From: Saprolegnia diclina VS20
Lineage: Eukaryota
Assembly: GCF_000281045.1 (NCBI RefSeq)
Contig: NW_008246072.1
Coordinates: 1,212,455 to 1,257,742, forward strand
Direction of reading: 5' to 3'
DNA length: 45,288 bases
Part shown: in pieces, positions 24,584 to 36,295 of the stretch
Position numbering within the stretch: the first letter of the stretch is position 1
Layout: each line of letters starts with the position of its first letter
The notes under the pieces: model-generated
Told to the model about the DNA's origin: nothing
The model's database searches: none
Seen by the model: only the letters and a program-made list of their open reading frames with translations
Program-made: the position numbers and the translations under genes

Positions 24584-26222
24584 TTAGTGTCGCCAGCTAC
24601 AAGGACAAGATGAGCTTTCCTGCTGCGAGAGGCAGTTGTGTACATTTTGATGGTGCGGTCCTTGCTGCCCGACGCGACCTTTTGGCCGTTGGGGCTCCAG
24701 TCGAGCGCGTAGACTTCGTCGGCGTGGCCCGAGAGCGTCTCCTTGGCGTTCTTGGGGTCCGCGAGCTCCCAGACCTTGACGGTCGAGTCCTTGGAGGCCG
24801 AGACAATGAGGCGCGAGTCGCTCGACCAGCACACTTGGTACACGGCGCCGACGTGGCCGTTAAGCGTCGCGATAAACTTGCCCGTCGCGCCGTTCCAGAT
24901 CTTGACCTTCTTGTCAAACGACGCGGACGCAAAGTACCGACCGTCGGGCGAGAACGCAAGGTCGTTGACCGGCTGCACGTGGCCCGTGAGGCGCTCGATC
25001 GGCTTCTTGCTCTCGGCGGGCTCCCACAAGAAGAGCGTAAAGTCGTCCGAGCCCGACACGAGGCGCTCGGGCTGGCCGCGGCGAATGGCGTCGTACCGAG
25101 TTTGGGCCGCGGCCTGCATCTCTTCGCGCGTGTCGAATGTCTTGAACGTGTGGTCGAACGGCCCCGTGCGGCAGACGTAGTCGACGTTGAGCGCCAGCGT
25201 GTTGATGCGGTGCGCGTGGCCGACGAGCGTGCGCACGAGCTTGCCGACGTGGTCGCCCTCGACGGCCCACACCTTGATCGTGCGGTCCCGCGACGCAGAG
25301 TAGAGGAGGCCTTCGCCGCCCCACTTCAAGCACTCGACCGAGTCGGTGTGTCCCGAGAGCGACGCGACCTGGCGGCCCGTGCGCGCGTTCCAGATCTTGA
25401 TCGAGCCGTCCTTGGATGCACTGGCAAACCGCTCGCACGTCGAGTTGCTACAGAGTATCAGATGACCATGCAGATCGAAAGGAAGATGGTACCGGTGGAT
25501 GGGCTCCCACGAAAGCGAGTTGACCCACTGCTTGTGACCCTTCATGGGCTCGCCCTGCTGCTTGCCCGTCGAAGGGTTCCACATGCGGATCTCGCCCGTC
25601 TTGTCGGCCGAGATGAAGCGCGTACCGTCCGGCGACCACGCCGTGCAGAGCACGTGGTGCTTGTGACCGCGGCACGTGTGCTGGGGCATGCACGTGTTGG
25701 TGTCCCAGAAGCGCACGGTGGCGTCGCCGCCGCCACTCGCGAGCTTCTTCCCGTCCGGGCTAAAGCTCACGTGCAAGATGGCCTCGGCGTGGCCCTGGAG
25801 CGTGTCCGTGCAGCGCGTCACGGGGCGCACGCGGAAGACCGCGAGCGGCTGGAACGTAATGTTGAGCACGACTTCGGTCGAGATTTTCTAGGAGAGAGCA
25901 GCATGAGCGATGAATGCAGTTCAATATGGCATCGTACCTGGCTCTCAACGCTCGCTTGCAGGTTGTGCGTGATCTCATTGTCGTTGATAAACATCGAGTA
26001 CGGGACCTTGTTCTTGCCGTTCTGGAGGAGCTGGTTCACGAGCTCTTCCATCTGCGCGACCGTCGACGTGAGCGGGATGTCGAGCTGCGGCCCGACGGGC
26101 TCGCCCTGCTCGTTCTTGAACTGCGCAATCACGGACGCGACCTGCTCGTCGTCGTCGTCGCTACCGCTGTCGTCGCCATGCGCGTCGAGCTTGGGCTTCT
26201 TGGTCGCGCGGACGTCCTCCAT
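24584..26222 (-). CDS. NLE1: Notchless/Rsa4 WD40 ribosome biogenesis factor
   Basis: NLE domain, FQPLAVFRVRPVTRC, repeated GH..WD units, ERLVSGSDDFTLFLWEP, spliced end KIWRH. Confidence 0.96.
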
Positions 26223-26614
26223 CGTCGTATCCAGTTTTGAGGTTCAACTGCCCGCGCTGCCCGCTCTTATTGGTTGGTTCGCAACATCCACCAATCAAAA
26301 CCCAATTCGGCACATGCCGAAATGAAAGAGCATCGACCATCATTCGCCTCGGCTTTGCTCGCCGAGCGTGGACACCAAGCGAGTACGACCTGGCTGGCGC
26401 AACATGCATGCCTCTGTACGATGTGGGTTTCTTCCTGTGGCATCACGATCGTGAAAGGTTGCGTTTGTCACCGTTGTGACTCCAGGCTGCCGAAAATAAG
26501 AGTGATAGAGATGGCATGTGCCGAACGTTCAAAGCCCCACACTAAATCCCGCTTGGGCGCGAGTTTGATTATCCGGCGCGGGGTATTTTGGGTTTTGCCG
26601 CGCAGCCGAGGACG

Positions 26615-27079
26615 ATGAAGCGAGGGTTCTTCCAGCGCGAGGAAGCGTGCAAGGCCACGACCAAGCGCCGGCGTGACCGCGCCTACCCCATCGGTACGCT
26701 CCTTCGCCGAGGCGTCCGAGGCTAGCAGAGCCTCGAGCGGCAGTCTTGGCGGCGACGACGTCGACGCTCATCAACGTGGCCGCTCTAGATGCACTCTCTC
26801 GCATGATGTGGGAGTCTACCATTGGCAAGAAGAAGGCGGGCGACATGTCGTCGTTGCGCGGCGCCACGTGCTACCACTGCGAGCGGGCCATGGCGTCGGG
26901 CGAGAACTATTGCGTCGGCTGCTCCAACGCGTTCTGCGGCGAATGCTCCACCATAAAGTACGTGCGCACGCCTGCATGGGCTAATGCGTTCTATGGCTTC
27001 TGAGCGAATACTGCTGCTGTGTAGTTATTCCAAGGCGTACGACCGCGTTTTTTGTCTCGACTGTCCCCAAGGCGAGTGA
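26615..27079 (+). CDS. Small Siva-like zinc-binding protein, three exons
   Basis: MKRGFF..|..CYHCER..CVGCSNAFCGECSTIN|YSKAYDRVFCLDCPQGE*; introns about 26694-26728 and 26958-27024 keep the frame. Confidence 0.65.
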
Positions 27080-27379
27080 TCGTGCTCGTCGGTACCCGTA
27101 GCCTCCACTCGTCTATGTTTTAACCCTTTTTGTCATCCGTTCCTATCATGTTCATCATCTTCTCCAGGCTTGGCATAGCTGGCGCAGCGAGAGGCAAGCG
27201 GGGTTTGCAGCCTTCCCTCAACGACCACGATTCACGGCAATCCCGACTAGGTTCGGATCGCAGTAGATACTATTTAAGTGCGCCTCTACTAGATACGCTT
27301 TTTCATTTAAGTACGGCGTACCTACATAGATGCGCGCGAAAGCGCGATCTTGGTCAGTTGCAGATTTGCCGGCCGGACG

Positions 27380-30300
27380 ATGGAGCTCAGGACGTTACTC
27401 GGCGCGAAGCTCGCCGCTTGCTTCCCCTTCGCGACGATGAACAAGGTGCAGGAGCGCGTGCTTCCACCGGCGTTCCAGACCCACGACAACATGATCGTCG
27501 CAAGCCCGACGGGGTCGGGGAAGACCACGGTCATGGAGATCGCGCTCCTTCGCCACATGAACATGGTGGCGAGGAGCCCTTCGACGACGCACGGCAAGGT
27601 ACTCTACCTCGCCCCCATCAAGGCGCTACTGCATGAGAGGTACCATGGTCGCTCCTCCATCAACATGTCGTCCATGGGCGTCGAAGGCTCGAGGACTGGG
27701 AGGCTCGCTTCGGAGGCTTTGGCGTGCAATTTTGCGAGCTCTCGGACAACAACGACACCTCTGCCAGCGTTGCTCATGCCGATGTTCTTCTTAGCACGCC
27801 CGAGAAGGTAGGGTTCTGCAGGGCACTACGTTTTTATGTCCTTGAACGCAGTGGGACGCATTTACCCGGCATTCTAAGGTACAATGGCCCCAATTGGCAC
27901 TCTTTGCTGCAGCACCTCGTGCATATAGGAAGCCTTGAACTGTGTCAGCCTGCTCATGGTCGATGAAATCCACAATGTTGCCGACGCTTCCCGCGGGGCG
28001 ACGCTCGAGGCTCTCGTGACGCGCATGCTGCATGCGTCGTCGCTGTGCCAGCTTCATGGAAACAAGCAGTCCGCACCGATTTCCAGTTTGTACGAAGCTA
28101 TTGAGAGACAATCCTTTGGCTGAGCTAATGTGGGCTAGGCGCATCATTGCACTCTCCGCAACGTGCCCCAACGTTCTCGACTTCGGCGTTTGGCTCCGCT
28201 GCCCGCGAAACATGATCTTTGAGGTACCACATTTCGCTTCGTTGCGACGTGTACTGATTTTACGGGCGTGCGCAGTTTGGCGCTTACTATCGACCAGGTT
28301 TGTGTATCCAAGTATATGCATAACCTCACTGCGAAATCTAGTTCCCCTGAAAACTCACGTCGTCGGAATCAACTGCTACGGCAAGCCGTTCATGCTGGAC
28401 AAGTCGTCGCGAGCCTATTCAAGGCGGGATGCTGATGCTTCTAGTAGGTACATGGATGACCAAGTACCTCGCCTCGTCAAGCAGTACTCGAATGGCAGAC
28501 CATCCCTCATCTTCTGCTCGTCCCGCAAGTCGGCGTGTGCCCTTGCAACGTACAGCAGAGCCTGATTGCCTACCCACGATGCCTCAACTTGAACTTCTAG
28601 AAAACTGGCCAGCGAGAACACGACAATCATGCGCCCATCCATCAAGCAGGTACGAGTGGAATGCAATATGTGGCTGTTTTCAATCGATGCAAGTAGAAGC
28701 TGGCAGATGCATGCTTGCACGTGGGTGCATAGTTCATGTCCTACAGTATGCCAAACCACTTGGTTGACTCGAATTGCAGCTTCAAAACGAAACGCTGCGC
28801 AATGTCATTCAGTGTGGCATTGGCTTTCACCATGCGGCTCTCAGCGAAAGTGACAAGTACCGTCCAATATGATTTCGAAGCTTATCGCGAGACGTAGGCA
28901 CACGATTGAAGGGCTCTTCGTGGAAGGGCTGCTTTCTGTCCTTTGGCATGTGTGCGTGAGCCTAGATGATGAACTCACACTCTATTAGCTCGACGAGCTC
29001 ACTTGCCGTGGGCGTTAACCTGGTACGATTCCATCATGCAGCATCGCATTCATATTGCACAGCCCGCGCATCTCGTGATCATCAAGTCGACCCAAATGTA
29101 CCAAGGCGGTACCAGCGGATATCAAGAGTACACCCAAGCCAGCATCGTGCAGATGCTCGGTCGCGCTGGGCGCCCTCGCTTCGACACGTATGCGACGAGT
29201 ACATTTTGCTTGATCCTGAGGCTTAACATTCCCACAGGTCTGGCACTGCTGTCATCATGACAACTTCACAGAAGCAGCACTACTACGAGGCGATGCTCAA
29301 GTACGCCCAACTGCGTTTTTGTCACCGGCTGAACACCTTTGTAGGCATCCCGACACATCACCGCTGGAGAGCTCGCTGCTGCCGGTGCTCGCAGACGTAC
29401 TCAATTGTGAGATTGCGCTTGAGACGGTCTCAGATGCGTCGCAAGCGATCGAGTGGACAACGGTTCGGGTTCGTATATTTGACGTCACTTTATGTCTATT
29501 CGGGCTAGCGCTCATTCATGCACACACGGTCACAAAGCCCTCTGCCGTCGGCGTCTCAGAAGCCGCATCCTTGCTCAAAGATTGTGACCATGCAAGCCAT
29601 TGCGCACCTTGCCAACTCGGGTCGTCTCGCGTACGAAGACGATTTGTTTGCTTTCTCTTGCACCGAAGTCGGGCATATCCAGAGCTTGCAGTGCTTGAAA
29701 CACGACTCAATGTCCGCCATCATTTCAGCTTTCGACGAGCCGGTGTCAACGACGAAGCTCCTCGACTTGGTCGCATCTGAGGCCCGTGTGCCTCTACGCC
29801 GCGGCGAGAAGACGCTTTTGACGCGTATGAATGACACGCGGCTCCGGTTCCGCCTCATTGGCGCCAACGGCAAGCCGGCGATTCAGGACGACGTGATGAA
29901 GACCAACCTGCTTCTGCAAGCTTGCCTCGGCCACATCGACGTCGGTGACGACGTACTCGTCATGGAAACCCAAGCGTCGCTCGAGACTGCTGAGCGCGTA
30001 GCGCACGCTGCGCTCGACTACGCCTTTGCTCGCAGCGCGGGACGCGAGTCGCTCACTTGCTACCTGCTGTGGCGCTCTCTGCGCCTTCGCTTGTGGGAAG
30101 ATGCGTCCGGCTGCCTCGGGCTCCAGCAGCTGGATGTCGTTTCTGCCTCCGATGCCAAGCGCCTCGACATTTGTGGCGTACACAACCTGCGCCAACTGCA
30201 GCAAGCGTCGGTCGGGTCAGTCCAAAACTTCCTCGGCTGTTCGACCGAGCATGCGATCAACATCTACGAGGCTGCAGCGGCCATTTCAAGCTTCCGCTTG

Positions 30301-30942
30301 CGCCTCGCCTTTCACGTGGGCAACGCGGTTGGCGGTGGCCCGGCGGGCTCACTCGAAGTCGTTGTCGAGCCAGAGCCCAGCGGGCGCGCCGTGCACAACC
30401 TCACGCAGAAGCGCGATGCTTATGACCTTTTTGTGCTCTGCGAGAGCACGCTACTCCTCTTGGAGCCTTCCATTGGGGCACCGACGTCGTTTGTCGTGCA
30501 CTTGACGGACGAGACGAAGACTGCTACGCTGTCCGCCCACCTCCTCCATGCCAGTCTCATCGGCATGGACGTCAACGTCGAGTGGCGCCACGCCAAGACC
30601 GTTGTCAAGAAGAAGGTCTATCAGTCCACGATCCCGCAGAACTTTCTCCGCGACAGCGTCATGGCCAAGCCAGCGATCCGTTGCGAGCCGACTTCGCCTC
30701 CTCGCGCACAGGAGCCCGCATCGGCGCCCCTGGACTTGAGCCGGTTCAAGTTCTCGGCGACGGCACCTACGCAACACCCTACTCCAAAGGTGTCGCCGAG
30801 CGCTGCCAAGACTTCGGTCCCCATCGTTCACGTCATCCCACCCGAGCCCACCAACCGCCGTGGCAAGAAGCGCCGGTTCCAGGCCTACGACCATAGCGAG
30901 CTCAGCGCGCTCGAACTCGAGTTTATCAATGACATCTACTAA
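27380..30942 (+). CDS. HFM1: MER3/HFM1 meiotic DExH helicase with Sec63 region, many introns
   Basis: MNKVQ Q-motif, SPTGSGKT, YLAPIKAL, LSTPEK, VDEIH..RGATLE, IIALSAT, LIFCSSRK, STSSLAVGVNLPAHLVIIKST, QMLGRAGRP, LESSL. Confidence 0.9.
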
Positions 30943-31088
30943 GACGATGTGCGATGCGATATGTTTTGGTGAACACAACGCGCGCAAACGGTTTGCGCGA
31001 ATGATGGTCTTTAAAGCCATCACTCTCGGAGCGTTTTTGCCCGCGAATATTTATACGACAGGTCGAGCGCAGTCCGCAAGTGCCCACC

Positions 31089-34000
31089 ATGAGCAAGCGC
31101 CAGCAGTCCATCATGTACGCACCGAATGCATCTCTTCGGCGCGTGGTATCTCATGCGCACGGGCCTAGGTCGTTCTTCGGCTCCAAGCCTGCCGGGGACG
31201 AGCCAGCCGAGGCGCCCAAGGCCAAGCCGGCGCCGGCAACACCTGAGGCCAAGCAGCCGTCGACGAAGAAGCCGGCGTCAAAGAAGGCGACGCCCGCCAA
31301 GGAAGAGGCAGCGCCCAGGAAGAAGAAGGTGGACGAAGCGTCTGCAGCGCCTGGTACGCGCCGCCAATGACGAGCTTGTACCAGTTTCTTGTGTGGCATA
31401 GGCCGCAAGCGCTTGAAGCGCAGCGTCGTCGACGATGATGATGATGACGATGATGACGACGATCCGTTTGCGTACGCACACGCGCAGTATCCCTTTAGAG
31501 AACTAAGCATCATTGATAGGGCCAAGAAGGTGCCTGCAAAGAAGGCGGTGGCCGAGTCGGACGAGGAACAAGAAGACGAGGCAATGGGCATACAAGAGGA
31601 CGAAGTCGTGGCTGCTAGCAACGTCGAGTCAGACGAAGATGTCGAAGCGCCCACGAAGGCTGCGACGCCCAAGAAGGCTGCGACGCCCAAGAAGGCTGCG
31701 ACGCCCAAGAAGGCTGCGACGCCCAAGAAGGCTGCGACGCCCACGAAGGCTGCGACGCCCAAGAAGGAACCTGCGACCACGGAGTCAAAGGCGGCAGACG
31801 AAGAGACCGACAAGTACCGTTTCATCCGACGACCTCTTCTGACACGTGCGTAGAAAGCCAGCCGACGAGTCCTCGAGCGGATTCTTTGCCAAGAAGACCG
31901 AGATGCCCAAGAAGGAGTCCACGGCGACTCCAGCCAAAGCCTCGTCAACGGCTACCATGTACCAATTGCGTCGATACCATTATATCAGCTCACTATCGAC
32001 GTAGGGGCGACGTCACTGGGTACAAGGAGAAGGAGAAGGACCCCAAGAAGCGCGGTGGCTGGAAAGCTGGGGATGCCGTCCCGTACGCGGCGCTTGCGCG
32101 TGTGTTTGCGCTTATCGAAGAAACCTCGGGCCGGTACGCTCTCTGCAACACGTTTTGCGTCACGTTTTCTTTCTAGTCTCGTGATCCAAGACACCTTGGC
32201 CGACTTTCTCCGCAGCGTGATTGAGCTTACGCCGTCCGAGCTCGTGCCGTGCATTTACCTCTGCGTCTGCACCGAGCTCGCGCCGGCGTACGAGAACGTC
32301 CAGATTGGCATCGGCGATGCGATTCTCATCAAGTCAATTGGCGAAGCCACGGGCACGAACGCCAAGTTTGTGAAGGAGCTCTATCAAAAGGAAGGCGACC
32401 TCGGCAAAGTCGCGCTCAACGCCCGCTCCAAGCAGAGCACGCTCTTTACATTCCAGAAGCCCAAGCTCCTCTCGGTGCAGAACGTCTACTCGGACATGGT
32501 CAAGATTGCCCGTATGACGGGCAACAACTCGCAAGCGAGCAAGTGCTCGATCATCAAATCACTCCTCGTGCGCTGCGACAAGACGTCCGAAGAGGCCAAG
32601 TACGTCATTCGCGGCCTCCAGGGCAAGCTGCGCATCGGCCTTGCCGGCCAATCGATCCTTATGGCCCTCACACAAGCCTTTCTCCACGTCAAGGAAGCCA
32701 ACGACAAGCTCAAGCAAGCGGTATCCTAGTATCTCATTTGACTACCGAAGCTAAGCCATGCTGCTGCAGGAAGCGCTCAAGTGCGTCAAGCGCGCGTTCT
32801 CGGAATTTCCCAACTACGAAACACTCGCAGCAGCGCTGCTGACGATTTTTGAGCGCGAGAACGGCGGGAAGGGCCTCCACGCTCCGCAGTTTGAAGAGCT
32901 CGCGGTCATGTGCCACCTCACGCCGGGCGTGCCTGTCTCGCCGATGCTCGCGCGGCCAACCAAGTCGTACGCGATGGTCCTCGATCGGTTCCAGGACCAG
33001 CCATTTACGTGCGAGTACAAGTACGACGGCGAGCGCGCGCAGATCCACATCCTCGAGTCGGGCGAGATTAGCATCTTCTCGCGCAACTTTGAAAACAGCA
33101 CCGAGCGCTTTCCCGACGTCAAGCTCAGCATCCTCAAGGTACGCTCTAAGAAATATGCAAATCTTATGCACGTGTGTAGGCGGCGCGAAAGAACAACGTG
33201 ACGAGCTGCATCGTCGACGCCGAGGTCGTCGCTGTCGACAAGACGACGAACCAGCGCCTGCCGTTCCAAGTGCTCAGTACTCGCTCCCGCAAGGTATTTC
33301 ACTGCAGTCGCGTGACGCTGCTTCTCACGCCAAGTATAGAACGTTGTCCTGAGCGACATCAAGGTCCAAGTGTGCATCTATGCGTTCGACGTTATCTACC
33401 TCAACGGCGAAGTACAATGATTTATCCCAAGTCGACGACTCCTAGCCACGTTTCTGTAGTCGCTGCTCAAGGAGCCGCTCCGGAAGCGCCGTGAGATCCT
33501 CGAGACCATGTTCGAGATTGAGGACGGCTCGTTTGAGCTCGCGACGTCGCTCAACGTCGCCAACACGAAAGAGGACGACATGGAGACGACCGTTGAGATC
33601 GTGCGCAACTTCCTCGAGGAAGCCGTCAAGGGCAACTGCGAAGGCCTCATGGTCAAGACCCTCGAGAAAGAAGCCACATACGAGCCGGCCAACCGCTCCC
33701 ACAAGTGGCTCAAGGTACGCTCCACTTGTCCGCTTTGTCGTTGCTCACGCATGATGTAGCTCAAGAAGGACTATCTCGATGGCATCGGGGACTCGACCGA
33801 CCTCGTGCCCGTCGGGGCCTTCTACGGCAAGGGCAAGCGCACGGGCGTCTACGGCGCGTACCTCCTCGCGTGCTACGACCCCGAGACCGAGATGTACCAG
33901 TGCATCACCAAGCTCGGGACGGGTCTCTCGGACGAGGTCCTCCAGCAGTTTTACACCCAGTTCAAGGACAAGACGATCGATAAGCCGCGCAACGACTACG

Positions 34001-34281
34001 AGATCAACGACACGATCAAGCCGGACGTGTGGTTCGAGCCCAGCACGGTTTGGGAGATCCTCGGCGCCGACCTCTCGATCTCGCCCAAGTACACAGCCGC
34101 GATCGGCCACGTCGCCAAGGACAAGGGCATCTCGCTGCGCTTCCCGCGCTTCATTCGGCTGCGCGAAGACAAGAAGACGACGCAAGCCACGACAGCCGCC
34201 CAGATCGCCGACTTGTACCGCGCGCAGGGCCTCAACACGACCAACGACGGCGGCGACAACGACGACGACGACCTCTTGTGA
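31089..34281 (+). CDS. LIG1: DNA ligase I
   Basis: PIP box QQSIM|SFF, VPYAALARVF, LQGKLRIGLA, PMLARP, EYKYDGERAQIH, CEGLMVK, WLKLKKDY, ISLRFPRFIRLREDK. Confidence 0.97.
31656..31763 (+). repeat. Coding minisatellite, 6 x 18 bp (AAGGCTGCGACGCCCAAG; KAATPK)
   Basis: Six consecutive units; the fifth ends ACG instead of AAG. Confidence 0.95.
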
Positions 34282-34606
34282 ACCCTTGTATGATACAACC
34301 CAAGGAGCTACCCAAGATACTGCAATCTCGAGTCTTCTGAAAATAAGATCTGTCCGGAGCATCCGGATACGAGCAACTTCAACGTGAACTGCAACCGTCG
34401 ACGTCGCGAGCATCACGAGGCGAGTTGGCGCACGAGGCAGGCATGGGCACGGGTGAAAAACTGACGGCTTTTAGTCGGTTAAACGTTTAGCGTCCCTGCG
34501 TGCACCAGACGCGCTGTTTTATGCCGACAAAAACGCGCTGCATAAACCTGCAAGGAGTTTTACCCGACAGGCGTTTTTTGCGTCACTTGGACAGTTACCA
34601 AAAAGC

Positions 34607-36259
34607 ATGGAGCGCACAAAGCACCCGGCGGTCTTGATCCACGGTACGAGGATGAGGATCATGCGATCGACGACGTAAGGTTGACGCGGGTATGTGAAGG
34701 TCTCTTTGGCTGGGGCAAGCAGACCCCGTTCTACAACTGGGGCCCCAACTACTGGCCGGTCAAGGACCTCGACGCTGTCAACCCCAACTACGTCTTGGTC
34801 GAAGTCGGCGTCGCATCGTCCGACCACGACCGCGCCTGCGAAGTCTTCTACCAGCTCATGGGCGGCCGCGTCGACTATGGTGAAGCGCACGCGATCGAGA
34901 AGAGTACGATTGCTCGCAGCACTCCATGGATGATGACGGCGATGGCGTAGAGCATGCGCGGTACGGCAAGACGTACGCGACGGCGCTGCATCCCACGTGG
35001 AGCGCCGCCAACCCCGTGCACCTCTTTGGCCACAGCTACGGCGCAACGACAGGTGCGTACGTTATCTCGCTTCCGCCATAGTTCACATGGTCTAGCGCTG
35101 GAGCTCTACCAGCTCATCTGCACCAACTACTTCCACGTCGGCAGCGACTACACGTGGGTCAAGAGCATCGTGTCGATCGCGGGTCCGCTGAGCGGAGCAA
35201 CCATGAGTAGGCTTCTGTGCCCTTCCCATGGACTGACAATGTATGGGCGTAGGCCACATGTGCGGGCTCCGGGACGACCTTACGATCGAGGCTGGCAGCA
35301 TCAACCATCTCCTCTCGATCGTCGTCTCGACGCTCTGGAAGCTCCAACAAGTGTTTCCGTTCCTTGAGAATGTCTACCCGATCCGCATGCCGCAGTGGCT
35401 CGCCTACTGCCGCTGGTCGACAATCTTCTCGGTCAACAACATGCCGCTCAAGACGGGCGACAGCGGTATCTCAACCATTTTGCAGATTGTTCTGTCGCTG
35501 CATGCTAGCCTGCGTAGCGTTTGACTGTCTCCTTCCGGCCTACCGCTTCGCCCGCAACAGCCAGCTTGTCCACATGGACAAGGTGCACCTCATGAGCATC
35601 GTGTCCAAAGATGACGAGACGACGTCGCTTCACGTCGTTGACGTGGCGGGACTGCTTCTCATTGCGCTCTTGTGGCGCCGGCGCCAGGTACCCGCGTTCG
35701 ACTACCATAGCAGGCGCCGACGAATCTACGATGCAGAAGCACAAGTGGCTCTTGGGGCTCGTCGCCGTCGTGATGCTACAGCGGCTGCGCTCCGTGGACA
35801 TTGCCAAGCTGCCGTTTGTCCTTACGCACATTCTGCGGTGGCACGCGACGACAACGTCCAAGCCGATCTACGAAGGTACCGCGTCGCAAGCCACTCCGTG
35901 TAGCTCTCAACATTGTATGCTAGGCTTTGAGAAGGACAAGTGGGCGGCCAACGACGGCGTCGTCAACACGTACTCGATGCTGTGCCCGCGCTACTGCGAG
36001 ACGTATCCCGCGCAGAGCAGCATGCCCAAGCAGGACATTGCGCGCATCCCGTCGCACGTCTCGATCGACATGAGCGACCCGGTGCAGGTCCTTCCCACGG
36101 TACGTTCTCTCAACTCTCTCGCTTGCTGAGTGCGGGTAGGGCATGTGGCACGTGTACCGTGTGGCGAAGAACCACTTTTGCGGCACGGCCGGCGACCGCG
36201 ACGCGCGAGAGCTCTACACCAAGCTCTTTCGGCTCCTCAACATGGCCAAGGAAGGCTAA
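34607..36259 (+). CDS. Lipase, paralog 2
   Basis: PAVLIHG|LFGWGK, SSDHDRACEVFYQLMGGRVDYG, HLFGHSYGATT, WAANDGVVNTYSM, WHVYRVAKNH; high DNA similarity to paralog 1. Confidence 0.88.
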
Positions 36260-36295
36260 GACAGGACTTGTGCAATATAGTACAAATACGACCGG

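Noticed and set aside
24610..26325. 571-aa plus-strand ORF, and similar long ORFs at 2856-4199 and 42991-44808
   Set aside because: Antisense shadows of NLE1, SPFH and MFS genes caused by high third-position GC.
27380..29520. HFM1 as a fragmented pseudogene
   Set aside because: The breaks coincide with intron-sized segments whose removal restores helicase motifs.
31656..31763. CRISPR-like array
   Set aside because: Spacer-less in-frame tandem repeat inside a eukaryotic gene.
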